Assembly: GCA_007125155.1 (NCBI GenBank)
Contig: SLDR01000028.1
Location: 1-57,120 of the forward strand
Length of the DNA: 57,120 nt
Origin: Candidatus Campbellbacteria bacterium
GTDB taxonomy: Bacteria; Patescibacteriota; Minisyncoccia; Phycocordibacterales; CSBR16-193
Direction of reading: 5' to 3'
In this document: positions 18,812-28,443 of the stretch, one piece after another
How the letters are laid out: each line of letters starts with the position of its first letter
Numbering within the stretch: the stretch's first letter is position 1
Notes under the pieces: generated by a model
Seen by the model: only the letters and a program-made list of their open reading frames with translations
What the model was told of the DNA's origin: nothing
The model's database searches: none
Program-made: the position numbers and the translations under genes

Positions 18812-18887
18812 CCCCGCTCTTTTAGGTTTCGTAATATATCGAAATATAAAAGCACTTTCGATATCAACGAAATTTAAAAGAGCGGGG
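18812..18887 (+). repeat. Hairpin module copy 4 (between the P2 3' strand and the P4 3' strand, the P19 position)
   Basis: 76 nt. It differs from copy 1 at 2 positions in my alignment. Confidence 0.9.
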
Positions 18888-18926
18888 TACAGAATTCGGC
18901 TTATAGATGCGAACCTTTAAAACATG

Positions 18927-18963
18927 AAAGCCTCTCGTTAATTAACGAGAGGCTTTCTTTTTA
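18927..18963. terminator. Bidirectional hairpin terminator between rnpB and gatB
   Basis: gaaagcctctcgttaattaacgagaggctttc followed by ttttt. The stem is about 14 bp. Confidence 0.75.
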
Positions 18964-18974
18964 TATCTTTTAAG

Positions 18975-20399
18975 TCAGCCCCTGATAAGATCTTTTATGA
19001 CATCTTTCAAAAGTTGAGGATTGGCCGAACCTTTACTTTTTTTCATACCTTGACCGACAAGAAACTGCAAGGAGCTGTCCTTTCCACCCCTGTAATCGCT
19101 CACAACGTCGGGATTTTCTTTCATCACCTCTTCTGCCAAGGTGCGGATCTCCCGGTCGTCACTTGATTGGATCAGTCCGTATCTTTCAGCCAGATCATGG
19201 ACATTGCCTTCCTCTCCTTTATACATATGTAAAAGAATATCTTTGCCTCCACGAGAAGACAGCTTACCCTCCGATATCATTATCATAAGTTCAGCAAAAC
19301 GTGATGCCGATAAAGAGACCGTGTCCAGACCATCTTCCTTCATCAGCCCCAAAAGGTCACTCAATATGTAATTTGCGGCTCTTTTGGCCGAATTATCAAC
19401 GTCGGAAGGAATTATTTCGATAACCTCCTCAAAAAAATCCGATAATTTGGGGGTATTAACAAACATCTCCGTCTGCTCGGCATCAAGGCCGAAGCTTTTC
19501 TCGTATCTTTCCCTCTTTTCCCAAGGCAACTCGGGCAATGATGAACGAATGGATGAGGACGAAAATTCTTCAAATTCGGAAAGGCGGAAAGGCGGTATAT
19601 CAGGTTCGGGGAAATAACGATAGTCGTGTGATTCTTCTTTCTGTCTCTGTGAGACGGTGACGCCCTTTTCTTCATCCCATCCCCGTGTTTCTTGAGATAT
19701 CTTCCCACCTCTTTCAAGCACTTCGGTATGCCTTTCTATTTCATACGCAATTGCCTTTTCAACCGCCTTGAACGAATTCAAGTTTTTGACCTCTACCTTG
19801 GTACCCAGTTCCTTTGATCCGCTTATGGAAAGGTTGGCCTCAACACGCATCTCCCCTTTCTCCATATTGGCACGTCCGGTGTTCAAATATCGTAAAAGTA
19901 GTTGTAGCTCCCGGGCAACATGAGCCGCCTCTTTTCCACTCTTTATTTCGGGTTCAGTAACAAGCTCCATAAGTGGCAATCCGGACCTGTTAAAATCGAT
20001 AAGAGTGTTTCCGCCTTTATCATGGGTCGACCTGGCTGTATCTTCTTCCAAATGTATTCTGGTCAATTTTATACCCGCCAAAACCCCTCCTTCCACGAGA
20101 GGATGTTTATACTGACTTATCTGATACCCCTTGGGAATATCAGGGTAAAAATAGTGCTTCCTGTCGAATTCTGTAAAATCCGCAATTTTTCCTTCAAGAG
20201 CCTCCCCTACCTGAAGGATCTTATACACGGCCTCCTTGTTAACCACCGGGAGCGTGCCGGGTTGACCGGTACATATCGGACATATGTTTATATTAGGCCT
20301 TTTTTCATCGGGATCATTCAGACAACGACAAAACATTTTGCTTTCGGTCGAAAGTTGAGCGTGAATTTCCAAACCTATAGTGGGAATATAATTTTTCAT
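18975..20399 (-). CDS. gatB: Asp/Glu-tRNA amidotransferase subunit B
   Basis: 474 aa. IGLEIHAQL, the Cys cluster CRCLNDPD..NINICPICTGQPGTLP, and a C-terminal YqeY-like tail. Confidence 0.9.
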   Translation of the reverse strand: MKNYIPTIGLEIHAQLSTESKMFCRCLNDPDEKRPNINICPICTGQPGTLPVVNKEAVYKILQVGEALEGKIADFTEFDRKHYFYPDIPKGYQISQYKHPLVEGGVLAGIKLTRIHLEEDTARSTHDKGGNTLIDFNRSGLPLMELVTEPEIKSGKEAAHVARELQLLLRYLNTGRANMEKGEMRVEANLSISGSKELGTKVEVKNLNSFKAVEKAIAYEIERHTEVLERGGKISQETRGWDEEKGVTVSQRQKEESHDYRYFPEPDIPPFRLSEFEEFSSSSIRSSLPELPWEKRERYEKSFGLDAEQTEMFVNTPKLSDFFEEVIEIIPSDVDNSAKRAANYILSDLLGLMKEDGLDTVSLSASRFAELMIMISEGKLSSRGGKDILLHMYKGEEGNVHDLAERYGLIQSSDDREIRTLAEEVMKENPDVVSDYRGGKDSSLQFLVGQGMKKSKGSANPQLLKDVIKDLIRG

Positions 20400-20487
20400 G
20401 ATCTTTAATCAAAACAGATCGAAGCCAAAGGCTTGTCCTTAAAATAATATTTAACTATAACAATTCCAAAAACTTTATCAAAGAGTG

Positions 20488-21468
20488 TCATTGATCTTCC
20501 TTTTTCACCAGACCGACAAGCCCTTTTGAAAGTTCGTCAATGGAATCATCATCCAGAACGGAAACCGAATAAGTATCCAGTCCCGTTTCCTCAGAAACGT
20601 TATCCTTCAATTTCTTCAAATCTTCACGACCTACGACATCGGATTTGGTAATAATTATGATCTTAGGTTTAATAAGTATCTCGGGATCATAAAGTTCAAG
20701 CTCATTCTTAACAGCTTCAAATTCCGAGAGCAGATCTTTACTTTCGGAGGAAATGCAAAAAGCCAAAATACGGGTCCGGGAAATATGTTTTAAAAAAGAA
20801 TGACCAAGACCTTTACCCTTCGAAGCACCCTCTATCAATCCCGGAATATCGGCAATGATCACGCCATGCAAAGACCCCAGATATGGCTCAACAGTTGTGA
20901 ACCTATAGTTTCCCACCTTGCTTTTAGCGCCCGTCAGTGAATTGAGAAGCGTCGATTTTCCGGCATTTGGAGACCCGACCAATCCTATATCGGCAATAAG
21001 TCGAAGTTCGATCGAAAATTTGGCGCTTTCACCCGATTTGCCGTCAGTCTGCTCCTTGGGAGTAATATTTTTCGAACTTTTGAAGTACTCGTTACCCAAA
21101 CCGCCCTTACCTCCTTTCAGGAGAATGACCTCGTCCCCTTCTTTCAAAAGCTCCCATTTTTCACCCGTATCTTCATTTTTTATAACGGATCCGACAGGTA
21201 AAAAAAGTACGAGATCCTCTCCCTTTGCACCGGTCCGACTATTTTTCATCCCGTCTTGACCGTTCTTTGCCGAAAGCTTAGAAAATTGAGCGTAGTGGGA
21301 AAGTTTGGTTATATCCCTAACCGCCTTAGCGTAAACATCTCCTCCGCGACCCCCATTTCCTCCGCTGGGTCCGGCTTTTTCCTTGTACTTCTCATGACGC
21401 CAACGCACAACGCCGTCCCCTCCCTTACCTGCGCTCAGGTTTATTTTCAGTTCATCGGTAAAAGCCAT
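20488..21468 (-). CDS. obg: GTPase Obg
   Basis: 326 aa. The Gly-rich Obg fold reads GKGGDGVVRWRHEKYKEKAGPSGGNGGRGGDVY. G1 is GSPNAGKST and G3 is DIPGLIEGA. Confidence 0.9.
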   Translation of the reverse strand: MAFTDELKINLSAGKGGDGVVRWRHEKYKEKAGPSGGNGGRGGDVYAKAVRDITKLSHYAQFSKLSAKNGQDGMKNSRTGAKGEDLVLFLPVGSVIKNEDTGEKWELLKEGDEVILLKGGKGGLGNEYFKSSKNITPKEQTDGKSGESAKFSIELRLIADIGLVGSPNAGKSTLLNSLTGAKSKVGNYRFTTVEPYLGSLHGVIIADIPGLIEGASKGKGLGHSFLKHISRTRILAFCISSESKDLLSEFEAVKNELELYDPEILIKPKIIIITKSDVVGREDLKKLKDNVSEETGLDTYSVSVLDDDSIDELSKGLVGLVKKEDQ

Positions 21469-21476
21469 ACTTTTTA

Positions 21477-22385
21477 TTAAAGCTGATCTATTAAGGCACC
21501 TTCGATCGCTGTTTGAGCCAACTTTTCAGCTCCTTCTTTAGATCTTGCTACCGAGAGAAACCCTTTATCATGAGAAAATACGGCATCTTCAACACCGGTT
21601 ACCTCAGCCAATTCCGAATCTTTCTTTCCAGCCCATTCCTTTGGAAAAGGCGAACGGGATCTGAATGAGTCCTTATGCTTGGGCACAGATTGAGCATGCC
21701 ACATTTCACCGCTTAAGCTCGGATAAATAACGAAAAGCGGTTCCGGATGGTTTGAGATGGCCGATTTCCATGGATAATATTTATCCAAAACAATGACACG
21801 TTTATCCTTTGAGTCATTAAAACGCTTCTCAACGATCTTTGTAGCCTCTTTTACATCCTTTGCCAAACGTATCTCTCTTCTCAAGATCTTTATTGCGATA
21901 CTGACACAGTTGTTAAACACAAGATCGGTATCGACGTCGTTCTCTTTCCATGTAGGCAAAAAAGCTTGGAACATATCTTGAATGGTGTAAGGACTTATGC
22001 CCGGGAACAGATTGCTTGATACTTTGACCCCGTTGTCTTCAGCGTCAACGGGCTGAACTATCTTCTCATCAATTGCATCAGCTATCTCCCCATCTCCCGT
22101 GATCTCCCTGCCATAAGATCTCCAAACAAGCCCGAAAGACGCATAAGGGACTCCGTTTGACCTCTCTCCCGCCCCTCCTTCTTGATGATGGTCAAATCTC
22201 TTTTTTTCGGGATCATATTCACCCCCTATATCGACCACGAAATCGGCCATTCTTACCGCCTCCTCACTGCGTGTCCGTATCACCTCCATATCAGCATCAT
22301 CTCCCAAAAAGAGACGGAGTGTCGCAACCGCGAATATGTCGTCGCTGTGAAAGGGGTCATTATGTGTAACTATTTTTGTTTTCAT
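21477..22385 (-). CDS. MYG1/UPF0160 family metal-dependent hydrolase
   Basis: 302 aa. The N-terminus is IVTHNDPFHSDDIFAVATL, followed by FDHHQ. Confidence 0.75.
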   Translation of the reverse strand: MKTKIVTHNDPFHSDDIFAVATLRLFLGDDADMEVIRTRSEEAVRMADFVVDIGGEYDPEKKRFDHHQEGGAGERSNGVPYASFGLVWRSYGREITGDGEIADAIDEKIVQPVDAEDNGVKVSSNLFPGISPYTIQDMFQAFLPTWKENDVDTDLVFNNCVSIAIKILRREIRLAKDVKEATKIVEKRFNDSKDKRVIVLDKYYPWKSAISNHPEPLFVIYPSLSGEMWHAQSVPKHKDSFRSRSPFPKEWAGKKDSELAEVTGVEDAVFSHDKGFLSVARSKEGAEKLAQTAIEGALIDQL

Positions 22386-22459
22386 TTTTTAAGTTTATTA
22401 ACCGATAATGATGTCTAATGATCTCGAGTGCCGATCGTAATGATCCGTAAAAACAACTA

Positions 22460-22813
22460 TCAGTGTGAATGAACGGAGTGGACCAGCCTGTTTCCGAGCC
22501 AATTCAAAACAGCCACCAGAGCCGCCGCTAAAACCGCCCACCAAAATCCGGCCACATCCAAACCTTCAACGAACGAGGCCAAGAAAAGAAGAAGTAAGCC
22601 GTTTATGACAAAAGTAAAAAGACCGAAAGTGAGAATATTCAAAGGAAGAGTTATTACTATCAACAGAGGACGTATAAAAATATTCAGAAGACCCCAAAGA
22701 AGGGCCACTATCAGAGCGATGTACGGTCCGGATACCGTGACGGCATCAAGCACTTCGGCAACTATGATAATAGACAGCGCCCCTATAAGCCATTTCGCCA
22801 ATACTAACGACAT
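22460..22813 (-). CDS. Small four-TM membrane protein, YvlD/phage-holin-4-like family
   Basis: LNIFIRPLLIVITLPLNILTFGLFTFVINGLLLLFLASFV matches that family's pattern. The start is set at the internal ATG (MSLVLAKW). Confidence 0.55.
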   Translation of the reverse strand: MSLVLAKWLIGALSIIIVAEVLDAVTVSGPYIALIVALLWGLLNIFIRPLLIVITLPLNILTFGLFTFVINGLLLLFLASFVEGLDVAGFWWAVLAAALVAVLNWLGNRLVHSVHSH

Positions 22814-22929
22814 GCTCTGAATTTTATCATAAATAAACAATGCTTCCCAAGCGGAGGATCTTTAAAAAGACACTTTATCCATAATACCGAAGGCTCAGAT
22901 ACGGTCTGCTACGGACTATCACGATCACC

Positions 22930-24912
22930 CTAATTCGTTTTTTCGGATCTGAGTTCTTCCAGTTTGCTTACATACTCCATTACGGTAATGATGAATTCGG
23001 CGTGACTCCATATCAACGGAGCAACCGATATTTGATCACCGGTATAAGGATCAATTTGCTCCGATAGAACCCCGGAAGGTAGAGCGTGATCGACCGCCCA
23101 CATCAGTTCATCATTCACAAATTCAAGTTCCTCTTCGGTGCTCGCTCTGGCTATTTTATACTGAATAAGCCACAAAGTCGTTACAAACCAAGGATTCCCG
23201 GGTACATTATTATAACCTTTGCCCGGAGCATGATACATGTCTTTCTCGTACCGAGCGGTGCCTCCCACAGGTATGGGATCGCTGATGGCTTTTTTCGTTG
23301 ACTCAAAAGCTCTATCCATTCTCTCATCATCAACCGAAAGAACCCCCAGACGAAAACATCCGTAAAAAGAGCTCGCATCTATTGTCTTATTTCCTTTGAC
23401 CTCCCCGTCCTCCAAACTGACCGATTTCAAAAACACCCCTCTTTCCTCATCGTAAAGATATTTTATGATCAGATCTTTTATTTCTTCGGCCGTTTGGGCA
23501 TATCTGTCCCGATCATCATTCTTACCCAAAAGATCGGCAAATTTGGAAGCGGCCACCAAACCGCCATATACCGTGGCGCAAGTGAAAGTGGAAACGGCAT
23601 AATTCTCCTCCCAGAGATCATAGGTGGGACGAGGCAAACCTGTAGCGTCATCTCTGTAGTTCCTTATGAAATCAGCTCCCTTCTTCACTAAAGAGTTATA
23701 AACCTCTTCAATGAACTCCAGATTCCTGTTAAATCTATAATGCTCCCAAAGTCCAAATAACAAAAGAGCCGTCTCGTCTTCCTGAATGGCTAACTGTGGC
23801 TTTTCTCCTTGGGTCCACGGATGCCAGGAGCTCCCCAAGGACATATCCGGTAAATATTTATGCAGTATATAACCACCATCCGTTATGACGTTATTGCAGA
23901 ATCGATAAAAACGCTCAGATACCTCGGAGTGACCGACCTTATCCATACCCAACGCGATGAAAACTCCATCACGAGGCCAAACATAACTATACGTATCACG
24001 TCCATGCTGAAACTGAGCGGAATCTCCGGATGCGATTATTCCGCCTCTGTTGTCACAATGGGTTCTTACGACAAGCAGAGATCTTTTGAAAAGAGTCTTG
24101 GCCTTGTCGGAAAGATCCTCAAGCTCAATATCAAAATTATTTACCCAAGCATGCCAAAAATTACTGGTGGTCTCGATTACATGATCTTCCGTTTTGTAGA
24201 TCAAATGACCTTGAAGTCTCTCCACTTCACCGAGTGTCTCTCCTACACATATCCAATAGTTGGCACGACTCTCACTTTTTGCGTTTATCTTGAATACCAA
24301 TCCCAAAGTGGAATCAACAGAACCGTGCTCGATCGGATTCCTTGAGAGTATTCCGTCTTCAGCATCCCTCCAAGTGCCCTCTTTTCCTTCTATGTTGAAA
24401 AGTCCGGTAGAATACTCGGAAAAGAATTCTTTGTTATCACTTCTGCCACCCACTAAAAAGACCCTTCTGCCTTTGTAATGAATAAGGGCATGTAATGCAG
24501 GATTATAATAAGCCGTATCCGCATAATATGTCTGCGAGATCTCGAACTGCTGATTAAAGAAGACCTTAACTTCACGTTCTCCGTCGGCATGATTCTCGAT
24601 CCTTATAGAACGCAAAAATATATTCTTTTCATTGTACACCACATCAGTGAAATAGACCGAGAGGCGCATTTTGTCATTATGCGCCCTTATATCGGAAGTC
24701 AACATGTCCTCTTTGTAATAAGGATCAATGCTCCATTCGTCATCAGAAAACCAGCTGACCCTTCCGTCAGCCCAAACTCCTATCTTGTGCACATCCCTCC
24801 TCCCTATGTGATTCTCAGAGCCCACGTAAGGAAAATAAAAGTCTCGGACCTGACCGTATTTATCCAGGCAAACCAATATCATTCCATTACCAAGGACCAA
24901 AGGTCTAGACAT
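22930..24912 (-). CDS. Glycoside hydrolase family 15 (glucoamylase-like)
   Basis: 660 aa. GGIIASGDS..YSYVWPRDG is present, and the (alpha/alpha)6 region contains LWEE. Confidence 0.8.
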   Translation of the reverse strand: MSRPLVLGNGMILVCLDKYGQVRDFYFPYVGSENHIGRRDVHKIGVWADGRVSWFSDDEWSIDPYYKEDMLTSDIRAHNDKMRLSVYFTDVVYNEKNIFLRSIRIENHADGEREVKVFFNQQFEISQTYYADTAYYNPALHALIHYKGRRVFLVGGRSDNKEFFSEYSTGLFNIEGKEGTWRDAEDGILSRNPIEHGSVDSTLGLVFKINAKSESRANYWICVGETLGEVERLQGHLIYKTEDHVIETTSNFWHAWVNNFDIELEDLSDKAKTLFKRSLLVVRTHCDNRGGIIASGDSAQFQHGRDTYSYVWPRDGVFIALGMDKVGHSEVSERFYRFCNNVITDGGYILHKYLPDMSLGSSWHPWTQGEKPQLAIQEDETALLLFGLWEHYRFNRNLEFIEEVYNSLVKKGADFIRNYRDDATGLPRPTYDLWEENYAVSTFTCATVYGGLVAASKFADLLGKNDDRDRYAQTAEEIKDLIIKYLYDEERGVFLKSVSLEDGEVKGNKTIDASSFYGCFRLGVLSVDDERMDRAFESTKKAISDPIPVGGTARYEKDMYHAPGKGYNNVPGNPWFVTTLWLIQYKIARASTEEELEFVNDELMWAVDHALPSGVLSEQIDPYTGDQISVAPLIWSHAEFIITVMEYVSKLEELRSEKTN

Positions 24913-24917
24913 GATGG

Positions 24918-25742
24918 CTATCTTAATTTTAAAAATTTAGCCAGAACATCATACATCTCCTTCCTACCGCGCACCTTCTCAAGTTCGTAGGCGATCTCTC
25001 CTTCCTTAAGAACATCTCGAACCCAGGAGGCAAAATCATTCCTGCCATCCGCAGTATGATGATCGAATTGTTTCTTCGTCATGGTACCCAAATAGTATTC
25101 CAGATCCCAGAGATCTTTTAATGTCGGACCGTTATGAATGACAAAATACTGTCCTGCCGGTGCCTCGGTCAAAGCTTCTTTTTTTTCCTTAAAGGATCCG
25201 GGGGAGTGATTCTCTTCTTCCGGTTCGGGTTCGGTCGGAGTTTCGTCAACCTCTCCTTGAGAGGGATGGTCGTCACCACTTTCAACGGGGAGAGCTTCGT
25301 CTTCAGTATCATTCTCAAGAGAGATGGAAATTCGATCATCTTTCGATTCGAATTCAGTCGGAATTACGTCAATCTCCTCCTCAAGTTCACCCTCATCAGG
25401 AGAAGGCTCTTCCTCAACCACTTCCTTAAAATGATCGGAGTTTTCATTCTCTTCCTTCGGTTTGGGTTCGGTCGGAGTTTCTTCATCTCCAATATGAGAT
25501 ATTTCTTCCTCATTTAATTTTCCGACCTCTGGTTCATTGGAAACAACGGGTGATCCTTCTTTAGGTGCCGACTTTTTTTCCCTTCCTTCCAATAAACTCA
25601 TAAGGTCCTCGTCCTCATTTCTTACCGGAATAACTCGCTCTTCTTGCGGAGTTGATGAGAGCTTTTCCGAGCTTTCTTCTTCGTCATAGGTGCCGAAAAA
25701 TTCTTCCCAAAAACTTTTTTTATCTTTTTCTTTGCCACTCAT
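24918..25742 (-). CDS. Acidic low-complexity protein with a conserved-looking C-terminal domain, function unknown
   Basis: 274 aa. The internal duplication is ETPTEPKPKEENENSDHFKE versus ETPTEPEPEEENHSPGSFKE. The C-terminus is FVIHNGPTLKDLWDLEYYLGTMTKKQFDHHTADGRNDFASWVRDVL. Confidence 0.5.
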   Translation of the reverse strand: MSGKEKDKKSFWEEFFGTYDEEESSEKLSSTPQEERVIPVRNEDEDLMSLLEGREKKSAPKEGSPVVSNEPEVGKLNEEEISHIGDEETPTEPKPKEENENSDHFKEVVEEEPSPDEGELEEEIDVIPTEFESKDDRISISLENDTEDEALPVESGDDHPSQGEVDETPTEPEPEEENHSPGSFKEKKEALTEAPAGQYFVIHNGPTLKDLWDLEYYLGTMTKKQFDHHTADGRNDFASWVRDVLKEGEIAYELEKVRGRKEMYDVLAKFLKLR

Positions 25743-25748
25743 AATTTT

Positions 25749-26993
25749 TTACTCGAACATAAGTTCTTTTTTTATTGTATCGATCTTTTTTTTCTCTTTT
25801 TTCTTTTTGTCTATCCTGATCTTCAAGTCGTTCACTACATTGATAAAAGCAATGAAAGCTTCGTAAGGAGATTCGTAGGGATTAAAATACTTATGTACAT
25901 CTCCATCTTGAAACCACTTCGTGCACATGTAATAGAAGTGATCGGAAGTTTGAAGCTTCCTCCAGTTATGAGTTATCTCAGGATCATCCAGTTCGATAAC
26001 GTCTCTCTCCAATTCATAAATACACCTCAAGGCATCGTGTTGTATCTCGTTCGATCTCCAGGCCGATATATCACGCTCGGCATCAGCCCACGAAACATAA
26101 TGTGGCGCCTCTATCTCTCCGACCGGTTCATATCTTTCTATGGCTTCACTGGGGGTAACGAAATTGTTGTCGGGATGTTTAAGGAACTCGGAAGGAAAAT
26201 GCCTCAAGAACTCGAATATCCCGGTATCCTCCCATTGATGCTCTCCGAATGTTTCATAATCCATGAAAAGGTTTATGATCTCGCCGTCACCGTTATAGGC
26301 AGATGCCCACTGTGAGAACTTCTCAGCGGTAAGAGGATATTCCTTCCAGCTTCTTTCTCCAAAACGAAAAGCGATGTCGTCTGACAAACGATAATTCTTT
26401 AACATTAAAACCAGATCGTCCACTCCGGCCGGCTTGTAAAGAAAATTCGGACTCCTCCATCCCAAAACATGATCCGCTCCTTCTGCCAACATGGCCTTAA
26501 AGCCCATTTTTCTAACTTCCCTTACTATGTCGTCACTGTAAATAAGTTCGGTATTCCTGAAGATATCGGGTGCAACATCAAAGACCTCTTTGACCGCCTC
26601 GCTGTGAAGCTTGACTTGTTTCTCAAACTCCTTTTGCGAATACAAAGAAGCCAATGAGTGATAATAAGTCTCGCTCATCACTTCAACCCTACCTGTCTTT
26701 ATCAATTCCCTGAAAGATTCCAAAACTTCAGGAGCATACATTGCACACTGTTCCAGAAAAACTCCCGAGAAAGAGAAACTGGCCCTGAAATGAGGATTTT
26801 CATCCAAAACATTCTTCAATACCCGATTCGCCGGAATATAACATTTATTGGCGACCTTTTTAAGTATACGACAGTTATTCAGATCGGTCTCACTGTCATC
26901 ATTGAAATAATCACGATCACCTACATCGAAAATTCCATACTTCCTCACACGAAAGGGCTGGTGAACTTGGAAGTAAAAGCAAATTGAAGCCAT
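25749..26993 (-). CDS. Glycoside hydrolase family 57 (alpha-amylase/glucanotransferase-like)
   Basis: 414 aa. The N-terminus is ICFYFQVHQPFRV, and MDYETFGEHQWE is present. Confidence 0.75.
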   Translation of the reverse strand: MASICFYFQVHQPFRVRKYGIFDVGDRDYFNDDSETDLNNCRILKKVANKCYIPANRVLKNVLDENPHFRASFSFSGVFLEQCAMYAPEVLESFRELIKTGRVEVMSETYYHSLASLYSQKEFEKQVKLHSEAVKEVFDVAPDIFRNTELIYSDDIVREVRKMGFKAMLAEGADHVLGWRSPNFLYKPAGVDDLVLMLKNYRLSDDIAFRFGERSWKEYPLTAEKFSQWASAYNGDGEIINLFMDYETFGEHQWEDTGIFEFLRHFPSEFLKHPDNNFVTPSEAIERYEPVGEIEAPHYVSWADAERDISAWRSNEIQHDALRCIYELERDVIELDDPEITHNWRKLQTSDHFYYMCTKWFQDGDVHKYFNPYESPYEAFIAFINVVNDLKIRIDKKKKEKKKIDTIKKELMFE

Positions 26994-27162
26994 GTAATTA
27001 AAAATTATATCTATAATCTTAAGAACTCAGGATATTAAAGTAATCTTTGTATCATAATAACTCGGAGCTTGGGGTTAAATCAATGTTAATAAAAAAAGTC
27101 ACCAAGGTAACTTTTAAACTTCGACCGTCTTTTGTAGAGAAAAGGATTAGAAATAAGGACCC

Positions 27163-28422
27163 CTATCTCGCCAGACTCCTGTAAATACCAAGGATCTTCT
27201 CGCCGGCAGAATTCCAGTCGATTCCCGTAACCTCGATCCTGCCGCTTGCTCTCAAGCACTGCTGAAGAGAAGGATTCCTTAAAACTGAAACGACTTTGTT
27301 GGTCATCTCATCCACATCCCAAAAATTTGCCTTCAGAGCATGATTGACGACTTCACTGACACCCGCCTGGTGGGATATAAGGACGGGAGTATCCTGGATC
27401 ATTGCCTCCAAGGGAGTAAGGCCGAAGGGTTCCGAGACGGAAGGCATGATGTACATGTCTGCAGCCCTATAAACGGTATTTAGGGCTTCACCACGCAAAA
27501 AACCTGCAAAAATGAACCTGTCGGACATCCGGGCGGAAGCGACTTCGCGGATCATCTGCTTTTCCATATCTCCGGAACCGCAAACCACAAAAAAAGTATT
27601 CGGCTCATATTTACGCACCTTTGCGGCCATCTTTACAAAGTAATCCGGTCCTTTCTGAAAAGTTATCCTTCCCACAAAAAGCACTATCTTGTAACCATGC
27701 TCTTTGAGTCCGCTTACCACCGAAGCGGGTGACTCTTCCAACGCATCAGCATAATCTTGATCGTTTATTCCGTTATGAACGACCGTTATCTTGCTCTCCG
27801 GAACGCCATAGCGTTCTATCAAAATGTTCTTTGTAAAGTTGGAAACCGATACGACCTTGTCTGCCAAATGCATTCCCCTTCTTTCAATGTCATAAATATC
27901 TTGATTAACCTTCTCACCGCTCCGATCGAACTCTGTGGCATGTATATGTGCGACCAAAGGCTTCCCGCTGGCTTCCTTTGCCGCTATACCGGCCTCGAAA
28001 GAAAGCCAATCGTGAGCATGAATTACATCGTGTTCCGTCTCATCGGCAACATCACCCGCCAACTCCCCATATCTATAAACCTCTCCGATAAGGGTTCCGG
28101 CATACTGGGCCGACCTGTTTTCCTTTCTTTTCCTTTTCTTTACATTTCCTTCTATTATATCTTCATAAAGATGTTCCTTATAACTCTCAGATGTTACATA
28201 AGGCATGAGCAGAACATCAACCTCCTTTGTGTTAACTGAGTTCATCGTCTTGTCGGCAAACACCACATTCTTGGAAGCCGAACCGATAGGGACTTTTTTA
28301 GGCAGAACGAAAGTGACGTCAGCTCCCCTCGAGCAAAGAGTGTCAACTATTCCCTTGCAGGCAACACCCAATCCTCCACTGTTATGAGGGGGAAATTCCC
28401 AGCCGAACATCAAAACTTTCAT
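27163..28422 (-). CDS. Glycogen synthase-like glycosyltransferase
   Basis: MKVLMFGWEFPPHNSGGLGVAC.., HAHDW, and the C-terminal GT-B motif PSVSEPFGLTPLEAM. Confidence 0.75.
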   Translation of the reverse strand: MKVLMFGWEFPPHNSGGLGVACKGIVDTLCSRGADVTFVLPKKVPIGSASKNVVFADKTMNSVNTKEVDVLLMPYVTSESYKEHLYEDIIEGNVKKRKRKENRSAQYAGTLIGEVYRYGELAGDVADETEHDVIHAHDWLSFEAGIAAKEASGKPLVAHIHATEFDRSGEKVNQDIYDIERRGMHLADKVVSVSNFTKNILIERYGVPESKITVVHNGINDQDYADALEESPASVVSGLKEHGYKIVLFVGRITFQKGPDYFVKMAAKVRKYEPNTFFVVCGSGDMEKQMIREVASARMSDRFIFAGFLRGEALNTVYRAADMYIMPSVSEPFGLTPLEAMIQDTPVLISHQAGVSEVVNHALKANFWDVDEMTNKVVSVLRNPSLQQCLRASGRIEVTGIDWNSAGEKILGIYRSLAR

Positions 28423-28443
28423 ATATACTTTACACAAGTGTTG

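Larger units (their letters stand above)
18332..18917 (+). ncRNA. rnpB: Bacterial RNase P RNA carrying four repeated hairpin modules
   Basis: P1 is GGGUUCGCAUC pairing with GAUGCGAACC. P2 is GGUAGUC pairing with GGCUACC. CR-I GAGGAAAGUCCG lies at 18427-18438, the P8-like GCGGGUAACACCCGU is present, ..ACCCGGGUGCAAGGCC.. is present, and CR-V ACAGAAUUCGGCUUAUAG lies at 18889-18906. Confidence 0.85.

Noticed and set aside
18352-18887. The repeated 14-nt sequences might be a short CRISPR array
   Set aside because: The repeats occur as inverted facing pairs (hairpin arms), not as direct repeats with spacers. The sequences between them are conserved RNase P core regions. No cas genes are nearby.
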